Assembly: GCA_039803925.1 (NCBI GenBank)
Contig: JBDRZL010000004.1
Location: forward strand, 17,168 to 81,167
Origin: a candidate division WOR-3 bacterium
Lineage (GTDB): Bacteria; Hydrothermota; Hydrothermia; Hydrothermales; JAJRUZ01
Length of the DNA: 64,000 nucleotides
Direction: 5' to 3'
Positions 27,937-37,094 of this stretch are shown here, piece after piece. The notes under the pieces are model-generated. The model was not told where the DNA came from and made no database searches. It worked only from the letters and a program-made list of their open reading frames with translations. The translations under genes and the position numbers were made by a program. The number at the start of each line of letters is the position of its first letter. Position 1 is the stretch's first letter.

Positions 27937-28905
27937 TCAATCATAAACTGTATTTAAAATAAATAAGACAAGTTCTTCGTAGCTTAGTCCATAGGCTTTT
28001 GCTTCAGCTGGTAAATCAGATAAATCGGTCATACCTGGCAGAGTATTTACCTCAAGTATATAGGGTTTTTCATCTTCAGATACAACTCCGTCAACTCTTG
28101 AAAAGCCTCTGCATTCAAGAGCCAAATGAGCTTTAAGAGAGATCCTCTGGACCTCTTCAGTCAATTCAGGAGAAAGTTCTGCTGGTAAAATAAATTCTGT
28201 TTCTCCTTTTGTGTATTTTGCTGTATAGTCATAGAATTCTCTTTTTAAAGGTCTTAATTCAAGGATAGGTAATGGGAAAGCCTTTTTGCCTGTTCCAAGA
28301 ATTCCAGTTGTTATTATTTTCCCTTTAATATATTTTTCAAGGAAAAAGTCTTTAAATTTATTTTTATTTTCCTCAAAATTTTTTATCACATCTTCTCTAC
28401 TTTTACAGATTGAAACACCAAGACTTGAACCCTCATCTTTTGGTTTAAACATCATAGGGTATCCGAATTTTTCCTCTGCTTCCCTTAATTTTTCTTCAAA
28501 ATTTTCGTAGTGGTATATTGTTACAAAGGGTGGTGTAGGAATTCCCTCACTAATAAATATCTTTTTTGAAATTATTTTATTCATTCCAAGAGCAGATCCA
28601 AGGACACCACTTCCTGTATACGGAACTCCAAGCAGGTCAAGAAACCCTTGTACAGTTCCATCCTCTCCTGGTTTTCCATGCAGAATATTAAATATAATAT
28701 CAAAGGGTTTACTTTCAAGTATTTCTCTAACAAAATCATTTTTAATTTCGAGAATTTTAACATTTAAATTCCAGTATTTAAGGGCTTCAAACACTTTTCT
28801 TCCAGATCTTATGGAGACTTCTTTTTCACCTGAGGTTCCACCACAGATAACAAGTATAATTTTATCTTTAAATTCTTTTAATATTTCTTCCTTATTAAAT
28901 TTCAT
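27937..28905 (-). CDS. ddl: D-alanine--D-alanine ligase
   Basis: ICGGTSGEKEVSIRSG, HGKPGEDGTVQGFLDLLGVPYTGSG, and the ATP-grasp motifs (MFKPKDEGSSLGV, EVNTLPGMT). I prefer the ATG at 28905 (MKFNKEEIL...) over the track's TTG at 28932. Confidence 0.92.
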   Translation of the reverse strand: MKFNKEEILKEFKDKIILVICGGTSGEKEVSIRSGRKVFEALKYWNLNVKILEIKNDFVREILESKPFDIIFNILHGKPGEDGTVQGFLDLLGVPYTGSGVLGSALGMNKIISKKIFISEGIPTPPFVTIYHYENFEEKLREAEEKFGYPMMFKPKDEGSSLGVSICKSREDVIKNFEENKNKFKDFFLEKYIKGKIITTGILGTGKKAFPLPILELRPLKREFYDYTAKYTKGETEFILPAELSPELTEEVQRISLKAHLALECRGFSRVDGVVSEDEKPYILEVNTLPGMTDLSDLPAEAKAYGLSYEELVLFILNTVYD

Positions 28906-29095
28906 AAATTTTAATAATAAAAAATAACCCAATCAATAGTCAAAAAATTCCTCTAAAAATTAAGTTATTCTAATAAGTGAGATGCTTTATAAAATGGACG
29001 AGACTTTAAGGACTATGGAAAAGAATGCAGGGGAAAGACATAGAAAAGTAATAGAACTTATAAGAAATTTAAAATAAAAAAAAATTTTACTATAA

Positions 29096-31699
29096 CTATT
29101 TAATATAAATAATCTTTTTGCCTCCTCCTTTTATTCTGGTGTTTATGAAATATATTCCACTTTCTTTGAGTTTTAATTCTGTTTTTCCCTCGCCTTTTAT
29201 TTTAAAAGATTTAATATTTCTTCCCTGTATATCAAAGACCTTTATTTCAAAGGGTTTATCTAAGCCTTTATAGTAAAGGAAGGGTTTTCCCTTTGAGTAA
29301 AAAATCCTTATATCACTATCTTTAATTAATTTTTCTTTTAGGTCTGTTAAACCACTGTTATAGATTTCACAAACAGCCATAATTACAGGGTCTGCAGGAT
29401 GGTTGCTGTTTATATCCAAAAGAGGTTGCCAGGATGTTCCATCATAAATAAAACTACGATTAGAAGAAGGTGAATAATCTTCCCAGCATATTGCTGGATA
29501 TCCATTTATATTAATTATTTCAAGACCCACAAAAAACATTTCACCTGATAAGAATTTTATTGGAGAAGGTAAAGGAGCAAAATTGAGAGAATATCTTCTC
29601 TGAGGATTATTCTCAGGATAATCTTTAAAGGAAAGGATAGGATTTATATTAGGCATACTACCGGAGGAATTAAAAATTTGGACAAAAAGAGAATCAATTG
29701 GTGTTCCATCATCACTATAAGTTAAATATAAAACTCCTTTAAGTTTTATAGAATCATAAGGCACTGTAAAACCAGTTGCAACTCTGTAAGAGTTTGGTAA
29801 CAAAACAATGTTCGGATTTGTTATTTCATTATGATTATAGAAGAGTTTCCCAAGGGTTTTTTCATAAATTGAACTTTTACCAATATTAGAAAAGGCATCT
29901 TTTGCCTCAAAAAAGTAATATATTCTTTTACCAGCACCTAAATAAGGGAGGGTAAAATAGAAAAATTCTCCCCTTGTGCTATCAAAAGGGATTGTAAAAG
30001 TATCAATGTTTGAAGTTTCTTCAAAATATTTAAGATAGGCTTCAGTAACAGGAGTAGGATCAATTATCCTTGCTTTTAATACCTTTTGAAAATAAAAACT
30101 TGAAGTATCCGGAGGTTTATTATATATTATAAAAGGTTTGCCTTTATCTTTTGTTTCACCCACAACCATGAGATTATCAAAGAAAATACCGAACATATTT
30201 AGACCTGGGTCTGATTCAAATCTTAATCTTATATAAGCGGAATCTTCTCCTGCAAGCCCTGATATGTCAAGATTCTGACTTATCCATGTTCCCTGATAAC
30301 CAGTATATTTTGCTATATTGTTGAAATGAATACCATTCCGGGATATATCAATATAACAGTAATCAAAACCGGTCTCTATCTGATACATCGTGTAAAAAGT
30401 GAGTTTTACTGTTTCAAAACCTCTTAAGTCAAGGGGTTTTGATTTTGAATAAATACGAGCCATATTGGGATAATTCTGAAATGCCTTTTCACAGAAGGAA
30501 TAGTTTCCTCTATAAGAGGTTTCAGAAGTTCTTTCAAAACCGGGTTCAAAATTGGAAAGTGTCCTTTGAGAATTTTCAAAATCATCCCATAAGGGAACAT
30601 AGAGAGTTTTGAATGTATCAGCAAAAATGTTATCTATATAGTTTGCATCAGAAGAAGGTAAAAGTTCAACTTTAAAAATGTATCTCTTCGGAACATTATA
30701 ATAAACTGGTTTATTAAAAGTAATAACTGTTTTCTCAAAAGGCATAAGAGGAATTACATACTCAGTATCAGAGACAAGAACTATTGATGTATTTTTCTCC
30801 CTTATTTCAAGAATACACGGTGTAAGAGAAGAATTAGTGGCACCTAAATTTTTTACTTCAATGCTATAATTATATAAAACATAGGGATTTTTTACTGGAT
30901 ATATGCTATCAAAGGCAATTTCATAGGGATAAAGGGTATCAATTGCTAAATTGGGGAGAAGAGGTTTTTGATATTTTAGAAGCCCCTCAATAACTTTTGA
31001 TATAAAGGTATCTCTCTTAAAGGAAGAAGAAATGTCTTCAAAAGAAGCAGAAAAGAAAACAAGGCGACCAGTATCATTAACTAAAGGGAACTTTCTATAA
31101 AGCATTATACAGGAATCAGGTATATAACTTGGATGTTTGTTAGCAATTAAAATCCTCATAGCTCCCTGTGTTAAGGTAATAAGATCCTGAAACCCATAAG
31201 CATTAGAATTGTTTGAAAAATCGTCAAAGGAAAAGGAAAAACCACTGAAATAAGGTGCAGAAGAAACACCACTTGCACTGACATTTGCAAGGTCTGTTTC
31301 CTGATATGCTTGAACACCAATGAATTTTGGCCAGGTACCCCAGCCAAGACCCCACTCAAAATTGAATAAAACATCAGGTCCCAAAAGGAAAAGTTTACCC
31401 CCCTGGTTTAAATATTGATACATAACCTGTGAATCTGAGGCTGAAAAAGGACCTGAAGTCCAAGCAGGGTTATCCCAGACAACAACTTTATAACTCAAAA
31501 GGGTATCAAGAGGTGGTATTCCCTTCACTGAATAATCCCAAATTTTATAAATGTACCCAAGATTGGAAAAGGAATTAATAATAATCTGTTCATAAGGGGT
31601 TCCGTTATTAAGAGTCCCTCCTCCATCATGGTCAATGAGAAGTATTTCGCCCCCACTCAATAAGGAGAGAAAAATAAATAAAATTAATAATCTCTTCAT
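29096..31699 (-). CDS. Secreted T9SS cargo protein: unassigned alpha/beta module + CARDB-like + MAM/jelly-roll-like domain + T9SS C-terminal domain
   Basis: Signal peptide. Module EILLIDHDGGG...YKVVVWDNPAWTSG...LNQGGKLFLLGPDVLF...LVFFSASFEDI. Jelly-roll LWDDFENS...GIFFDNLMVVG. C-terminus FEIKVFDIQGRNIKSF...SGIYFINTRIKGGGKKIIYIK. It lies 11 nt downstream of the S8 gene and has its own SD. Confidence 0.75.
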   Translation of the reverse strand: MKRLLILFIFLSLLSGGEILLIDHDGGGTLNNGTPYEQIIINSFSNLGYIYKIWDYSVKGIPPLDTLLSYKVVVWDNPAWTSGPFSASDSQVMYQYLNQGGKLFLLGPDVLFNFEWGLGWGTWPKFIGVQAYQETDLANVSASGVSSAPYFSGFSFSFDDFSNNSNAYGFQDLITLTQGAMRILIANKHPSYIPDSCIMLYRKFPLVNDTGRLVFFSASFEDISSSFKRDTFISKVIEGLLKYQKPLLPNLAIDTLYPYEIAFDSIYPVKNPYVLYNYSIEVKNLGATNSSLTPCILEIREKNTSIVLVSDTEYVIPLMPFEKTVITFNKPVYYNVPKRYIFKVELLPSSDANYIDNIFADTFKTLYVPLWDDFENSQRTLSNFEPGFERTSETSYRGNYSFCEKAFQNYPNMARIYSKSKPLDLRGFETVKLTFYTMYQIETGFDYCYIDISRNGIHFNNIAKYTGYQGTWISQNLDISGLAGEDSAYIRLRFESDPGLNMFGIFFDNLMVVGETKDKGKPFIIYNKPPDTSSFYFQKVLKARIIDPTPVTEAYLKYFEETSNIDTFTIPFDSTRGEFFYFTLPYLGAGKRIYYFFEAKDAFSNIGKSSIYEKTLGKLFYNHNEITNPNIVLLPNSYRVATGFTVPYDSIKLKGVLYLTYSDDGTPIDSLFVQIFNSSGSMPNINPILSFKDYPENNPQRRYSLNFAPLPSPIKFLSGEMFFVGLEIININGYPAICWEDYSPSSNRSFIYDGTSWQPLLDINSNHPADPVIMAVCEIYNSGLTDLKEKLIKDSDIRIFYSKGKPFLYYKGLDKPFEIKVFDIQGRNIKSFKIKGEGKTELKLKESGIYFINTRIKGGGKKIIYIK

Positions 31700-31710
31700 T
31701 TTAAACCTCC

Positions 31711-34263
31711 TTATTTTATTATTAAAACCTTAACATTTTTGTTTTCTTTCTTTAAAAGATAAATTCCATTTCTTTTAGGATTTGAAACCTTTTGACCTGT
31801 TACAGAATACTTTGAATAAGATTCAAAAATTTTATTTAATCTGTTAGAATTGGTTATAAAAGAAAATTTAATTCTTTCTTTTTGTTTAAATTCTGCGATA
31901 TTCTCCTTCACCTCTACTATGCCAAAATATCTCAATATATCGTATATTACCTTGTGCAAAAGGGTAAGTGTACTTGAACCTGTAAGTGGAACTGATTCAA
32001 GAGGAAAAGCAAAAAATACTGTATTTGAGGTTCTTACTCCTGCTCCTCTATATTGACCAGTTGTCCCATATTTTAAACAGATTGTTCCATTTAATGTATC
32101 ATTTAAAATTTCATCAGGGGAGATATTATTATCAGCACCACTTGAGCTTCCAAGATATAAAAACCATCCACTGGTGAGAGGATCACCTGATAGACCTTTT
32201 GCATAATTTTTTCCTGATCCAAGAGGAACATAAAACTTATCAACTCCAAGATAGTCCCTAAAGAAAAGGGTGTCAAGGGTAGTATTTATATTTTCAGCAG
32301 CAAACTGGGAGGTAAAAACAAGTTTTCCTCCTAAGGTTAGGTAATTTATCATTGTGTCAATTTCAGAGGAACTTAGAACATTTAAACTGTCATTCCCAGT
32401 AGCCCATATAACAATTGGTGGCATTGAAGTGGAAAGAGTGGGAATTCCTCTTGCACTTGATTTCCAGATATCGTAAGTAATATTAAGTCCATAAATCTCA
32501 TTCATTTTTAAAATTGCTTTCTCGTAATAGGTATAAAATTTATTTATATTGTCTGTATAATAAACAAGAATCTGGGGGATACCTATAAAGAAAGTAAATT
32601 TGTTAAGAGGATAAAAAGTTTGAGGAGATGCATTAATTTCAAATAAAAGAGTATCCCTTGCATTTAAATTATTTAGTAAAATTTTAAAGGTATCAGAGGT
32701 AATGTTGACAGAGACACCTTTAGGAATAACTTGATTATATTCAACAATACTATCAACAATACTGTATCCAAAAGAAGGTTTTAATGTAACCCTGAGGTGA
32801 TTAACCGGTTGTGGACCTTTATTCAGAACAGTGATTAAAATTCCAATCAGTTCTCCACCTTCATAAAACCTGTCATTATCTCCGATTATTTCTACAATCT
32901 GGAAATCGATTATTTTAGCACCTGAAGTAAAAGGATAAAGCAAAGACCTATAAGCATTTACTCTCCCTGCTCCAAGTTTACCTTCAAACCCAGGATTTAA
33001 AGTATCAATATTTTCTGCTCCACCTTCCAGATACTCTTCAACCTGTTTTGGTGTTAAATTTGGGAAATGGGAAATTATAAGGGCACATACTCCGGCTGCA
33101 TTTGGACAAGCCATACTTGTCCCCATCCAGGAATCGTATCCATTGTTGGGAATAGTGCTCCATATATCAACCCCTGGTGCTGTAACATCAACTGAATCAC
33201 CATAGTTAGAAAAGAAGGCTTTTCTATCCAACTGATCAGAAGCAGCAACAGAAATAACACCTCTTAAACTTGCCGGATAAAGATAAGAACTTGTGTTTTC
33301 ATTCCCGGCTGCTGCAAGAACAGTTACCCCTTTTAATCTTGCATAGTCAATAGCTGCCTGCATCATATTTCTGTAGGAAGAAGGCCAGCCATAACCACCC
33401 CATGAATTGTTTATTACCTTTAATCCCATATTTGCTGCATAATAATGGGCTTCAACAGTCCCGTAAAAATTTATATAAGAAGTATCATTATAAATTAACT
33501 GACAGTTCATTCCTACAGCCTTTATTTTCCACCCAATACCTGAAATACCAATACCATTATCTGTAATTGCTGCCATTGTTCCCGTAACATGTGTCCCATG
33601 ATCCCATCCGACACTCGGCTGAGGAGAAGGATTCCATGTTCCCCATGTAAAATTCCATCCTATAAGATCATCCACATAACCATTACCATCATCATCAATA
33701 CCATTTAAATCCTGTGGATAATCAAATTTACCATTTCCGTTTAAATCTTCACCAGGATTAACCCATAAGTTATCCCTTATATCAACATGTTCCCACCATA
33801 GACCTGTATCAGCAGCTCCAACAACAACTGAGGAATCACCCCTTTCTATATCCCATGCTTCGGGAACCTGCATTTTTGTGAGATTCCACATTTGACTGAA
33901 ATAAGGGTCATTGGGAATTACATCAATAGGGTAAGCTATATTGGAAAAGGCATCTTTAACAATTTCAAGTCCTTTAAGATTTTCTATTAATTTTTTATTT
34001 TCTATTTCCTCAGGAAATTTAATAAGAAAAATGAGATCAAGATCAAATTGCTTGGTTTCTTTAGGAATTACTCCTTTTGTTAATCTATCCAACTCATAAA
34101 CAGAAAATTTTTTTAAAACAAGATCAATATCTGGGATCCCTGTTTCATTTTTTTCCTTTTCATAAACTATAAGATTTCTTGCTTCCGGTTTTAGCCATAT
34201 TATTACCTGCCCCTTTATTTCTTTACCGATACCTAAAAAGCCTATTAGTAATAGTTCTATCAT
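31711..34263 (-). CDS. Secreted subtilisin-like serine protease (S8) with C-terminal unassigned alpha/beta module and T9SS-type tail
   Basis: Catalytic triad contexts AADTGLWWEH (D), DHGTHVTGTMAA (H) and GTSMACPNAAGV (S). Asp/Gly-rich Ca-binding-like insert NGNGKFDYPQDLNGIDDDGNGYVDD. Later module ILVYYTDN...PPIVIWATGNDS...LTLGGKLVFTSQ...VFFAFPLES. Tail ...NGIYLLKKENKNVKVLIIK. Confidence 0.88.
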   Translation of the reverse strand: MIELLLIGFLGIGKEIKGQVIIWLKPEARNLIVYEKEKNETGIPDIDLVLKKFSVYELDRLTKGVIPKETKQFDLDLIFLIKFPEEIENKKLIENLKGLEIVKDAFSNIAYPIDVIPNDPYFSQMWNLTKMQVPEAWDIERGDSSVVVGAADTGLWWEHVDIRDNLWVNPGEDLNGNGKFDYPQDLNGIDDDGNGYVDDLIGWNFTWGTWNPSPQPSVGWDHGTHVTGTMAAITDNGIGISGIGWKIKAVGMNCQLIYNDTSYINFYGTVEAHYYAANMGLKVINNSWGGYGWPSSYRNMMQAAIDYARLKGVTVLAAAGNENTSSYLYPASLRGVISVAASDQLDRKAFFSNYGDSVDVTAPGVDIWSTIPNNGYDSWMGTSMACPNAAGVCALIISHFPNLTPKQVEEYLEGGAENIDTLNPGFEGKLGAGRVNAYRSLLYPFTSGAKIIDFQIVEIIGDNDRFYEGGELIGILITVLNKGPQPVNHLRVTLKPSFGYSIVDSIVEYNQVIPKGVSVNITSDTFKILLNNLNARDTLLFEINASPQTFYPLNKFTFFIGIPQILVYYTDNINKFYTYYEKAILKMNEIYGLNITYDIWKSSARGIPTLSTSMPPIVIWATGNDSLNVLSSSEIDTMINYLTLGGKLVFTSQFAAENINTTLDTLFFRDYLGVDKFYVPLGSGKNYAKGLSGDPLTSGWFLYLGSSSGADNNISPDEILNDTLNGTICLKYGTTGQYRGAGVRTSNTVFFAFPLESVPLTGSSTLTLLHKVIYDILRYFGIVEVKENIAEFKQKERIKFSFITNSNRLNKIFESYSKYSVTGQKVSNPKRNGIYLLKKENKNVKVLIIK

Positions 34264-34289
34264 TTATTAACCTCCTTTTAAAACACTTC

Positions 34290-34318
34290 ATTATAATATA
34301 AATTTTTATACTTGTCAA
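34290..34318 (-). promoter_or_regulatory. Consensus sigma70 promoter TTGACA-17-TATAAT driving the S8/cargo bicistron
   Basis: The reverse strand reads TTGACA (34318-34313), 17 nt, TATAAT (34295-34290), about 20 nt, AAGGAGG (34277-34271), ATG (34263). Confidence 0.7.
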
Positions 34319-34397
34319 ATTTTTTTTAAAATCCAAAATTTCTTTTAAAAAAATCGAAGGGAAGATTTTACAATTTTTAAAGATTTGTTAAATAATT

Positions 34398-36983
34398 TTA
34401 TTCTAAAACTATCAATTTGTTTTTAATTTCTTTTCCTTTATTTTTCAAAATTAAAATGTAGGTCCCTGAAGTTATATTGTAATTTTTAAGTGGAATTTCA
34501 AAGGAGAATATTCCTCTTTCAATTAATCTATCAGTAAAAATTATATGTTCTCTTCCAGCTGTATTAACAAGTATAAGGTCAATTTTTCCTTTCTCTGGAT
34601 TAAAAAGGATAAATTTTAAATTTTTATTTTTTGATAAAACTGTATTTTTAATTTCAAGTCCAAAATCAAATCCCATAAATCTCACTTTAAGGGGTCCCAT
34701 ATATTTTTTTCTTCCATCTGAACTAATTGAAATGAGTTCATATTTATATTCCTTATTATCTTGAATATCACTATCTATATACTCAAATTCTTCTCTCAAA
34801 GATATTTCAGTGTAAATAGTTTTTCCATCTTTTTTAAGTATAGAGGTTCCATTTTTAAAAATTCCTAAAGCTTTTAGATGAATCCTATCCTTGAAAGGAA
34901 TTGCCACAAAGTAACTTTCTTCTTCTCCCATCTGGCTCCCAAGGTCTCCTGTGATAACAAGAGCAAAAGGAACACCATTTGCACCAGGTACTGGAATATT
35001 TCTCCCTATAATGTCAATATAATAAGTCCCAGGTGTAGGAGTTGTTCTATAGACAAGTTCAACTGTATTTATATTATCAAAACTTCCACCTGTTGAACTC
35101 TGACCACCTGAAAAAACATTTCCTCTATATAAATTTGAATTTGGGTCAATTACTTTAAGATCAAGGTTATTCACTATAGCAGGATTTGCATTAACAGCTG
35201 CAGGAGCATCAAACCATACAAGAACAATTTTTAATGGGACACTGTTTGAAAGAACTGATACAAGATACCTCAGGGAATCACCTGTTCCTGTTATTACATT
35301 TTCAAAAATTCTTAAGTCTTTTACATCACCTGAAAAATATAGGGTGTTTCTCACATTAACTCTTCCCCATCCAAAATCTTGGTCATAAACATTTGTTGCT
35401 AAAAAATTTGTTGAGGATATTGCCATTGCTTTTAAAAGAACTCCTGATGGAATAAAGGCATCAGATGGATTTTTTGCTCCTGATGGATACCATCCTTCTG
35501 TAAAGTATTGCCTTATTAAAGAAAGAGCTCCTGCAACAGAAGGGGTTGCCATAGAAGTTCCAGCCATTCCTAACTGGTTACAGTAAGAATGGGGAGGATA
35601 ATTTGGCTGATCATTCCAAGCAGAATGCACATAATCATTTCCTGCCCCTCTTCCCCCAATTCCACATACATCCGGTTTTATTCTACCGTCAAAAGCCCAT
35701 CCTCTACTTGAATAGTTAGCAATATTATTTATATTATTATGCTGTAAGGCTCCTACACTTAGAGAGTTTTTTGCAACAGAAGGTGCGGTAACTGTATTAT
35801 TAGAAGGACCTTCATTTCCTGCTGCAAATACAAGTAAAAAGTCTCTATTATTCCACATAAATTGATCTACTTCCCGTGCTGCACTTGAATAAACGTTATT
35901 TGGTGTATTGCAATTTGGGTCTCCACATTCTCCCCAGGAGTTAGAGTGAATTCTTACTCCACGATTTCTCGCATTATTTAAAGGATTTGTAAGATTTGTC
36001 CCGTAATCAAAACTTGTGCCATCATACACATCCTGTATAACAAGTCTTGCATTTTTTGCAATACCGTTGTAATTTTTATCACTTGCATCCTGAGTATTAT
36101 CACTTGGATCAATTTTACCTGCAAGGGTTCCTCCAACATGTGTTCCATGGTCAGCCCCACCGTTTGGCTGATTATCACCTGCACCATAATTTTCATAGGC
36201 TAAAACCTTTCTGTGATTATTCCCAGGTGGATCTCCTTGAGGATCCCAGAAATAACAATCATAAAAGTCAAGACCTGTATCCATATAACCTATTATCTGG
36301 TTTTCCCCTCTTATACCTTTTCCCCATATAAAGGTATCATTTGTTGTGGCAGTCTGTAATGACCATCTTATTACTTCATTTAAAGGCTTATTCTTTGGTC
36401 TTTCTTCAATATACTGAATGTCAGGAATAAAGGCGAGTTTATCTACTTCTGAAGGAGAGGCTCTTATTATTACCTTTTTTGTGTATTCATAAGATTTACC
36501 AATTACTTTAAAGGAAAAGGAAGAAACAATTTTTTCAACATAATCAGGTTCACTATCTTCAAAAAGCAAAAGATTTATATCCCTTTCAAAATTACCTTCT
36601 GAAAATTTTAAAATCTTAAAACCCGGATGAAAAGGTAAAATGGATCTAACATTTTCATTTTCTTTTATTTTATTTAAGAATCTATCCTTAATTTTTTCTT
36701 TTATTTTAACAATGTAAGCATAATATGGGATATAATCATAAATTAAAACTCCTTCACTATTAAGGAATTCAATCCATTCTCTTTTTATAGGACCCTTAAA
36801 TTGAATTATAAAATACTCGGTTTCCTTTTCATCAACCTTTAAAGAAAAGGGTAGAGGGTCTTCTTTTAATGGGTCAAAGCTGTATTTTCCAATATTTATT
36901 CTAAAATCCTCAGAAAAAAAGCTTTCATCTGCATTTAAATTTATAATCAAAAATAAAGTAAATAATACTATTTTTAAACTCAT
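34398..36983 (-). CDS. Secreted subtilisin-like serine protease (S8) with I9-like propeptide, P-domain-like region and T9SS-type C-terminal domain
   Basis: Signal peptide. Propeptide YFIIQFKGPIKREWIEFLNSEGVLIYDYIPYYAYIV. Triad contexts GYMDTGLD (D), DHGTHVGGTLAG (H) and GTSMATPSVAGA (S). C-terminal beta-sandwich ending SGTYILILKNKGKEIKNKLIVLE. Confidence 0.88.
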   Translation of the reverse strand: MSLKIVLFTLFLIINLNADESFFSEDFRINIGKYSFDPLKEDPLPFSLKVDEKETEYFIIQFKGPIKREWIEFLNSEGVLIYDYIPYYAYIVKIKEKIKDRFLNKIKENENVRSILPFHPGFKILKFSEGNFERDINLLLFEDSEPDYVEKIVSSFSFKVIGKSYEYTKKVIIRASPSEVDKLAFIPDIQYIEERPKNKPLNEVIRWSLQTATTNDTFIWGKGIRGENQIIGYMDTGLDFYDCYFWDPQGDPPGNNHRKVLAYENYGAGDNQPNGGADHGTHVGGTLAGKIDPSDNTQDASDKNYNGIAKNARLVIQDVYDGTSFDYGTNLTNPLNNARNRGVRIHSNSWGECGDPNCNTPNNVYSSAAREVDQFMWNNRDFLLVFAAGNEGPSNNTVTAPSVAKNSLSVGALQHNNINNIANYSSRGWAFDGRIKPDVCGIGGRGAGNDYVHSAWNDQPNYPPHSYCNQLGMAGTSMATPSVAGALSLIRQYFTEGWYPSGAKNPSDAFIPSGVLLKAMAISSTNFLATNVYDQDFGWGRVNVRNTLYFSGDVKDLRIFENVITGTGDSLRYLVSVLSNSVPLKIVLVWFDAPAAVNANPAIVNNLDLKVIDPNSNLYRGNVFSGGQSSTGGSFDNINTVELVYRTTPTPGTYYIDIIGRNIPVPGANGVPFALVITGDLGSQMGEEESYFVAIPFKDRIHLKALGIFKNGTSILKKDGKTIYTEISLREEFEYIDSDIQDNKEYKYELISISSDGRKKYMGPLKVRFMGFDFGLEIKNTVLSKNKNLKFILFNPEKGKIDLILVNTAGREHIIFTDRLIERGIFSFEIPLKNYNITSGTYILILKNKGKEIKNKLIVLE

Positions 36984-37004
36984 ACTTTTTAAAATTTTTT
37001 TATT

Positions 37005-37019
37005 AAGGATTCGAACCTC
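37005..37019 (-). promoter_or_regulatory. T-arm-like motif GAGGTTCGAATCCTT at the predicted 5' end of the 34398-36983 S8 mRNA
   Basis: The reverse strand reads TAAAAT-tacatta-TAGAGGTTCGAATCCTTAATAAAAAAATTTTAAAAAGT-ATG. GGTTCGAATCC is identical to the tRNA T-arm consensus, but no other tRNA arms are present. Confidence 0.55.
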
Positions 37020-37028
37020 TATAATGTA

Positions 37029-37057
37029 ATTTTAAAAGTTAATTTTTCTAAAATCAA
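37029..37057 (-). promoter_or_regulatory. Promoter candidate TTGATT-17-TAAAAT for the 34398-36983 S8 gene
   Basis: The reverse strand has TTGATT (37057-37052), a 17-nt spacer and TAAAAT (37034-37029). The predicted TSS is about 37021-37022, immediately before the T-arm-like motif. Confidence 0.5.
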
Positions 37058-37094
37058 GTAGTAAATTTAATAAATTTTTATTTAAAATTAACAT

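Noticed and set aside
28982-29077. 31-codon ORF (MLYKMDETLRTMEKNAGERHRKVIELIRNLK) in the ddl / cargo-gene spacer.
   Set aside because: It has no SD, no recognisable family, and a length within chance expectation. It is noted only as a candidate for transcriptomic or proteomic checking.
8395-37019. T-arm-like GGTTCRAATCC elements as missed tRNA genes or tRNA fragments marking integration sites.
   Set aside because: No acceptor, D or anticodon arms flank them. No integrase or other mobile genes are nearby. They are kept as a regulatory or structural motif finding, not as tRNA or att sites.
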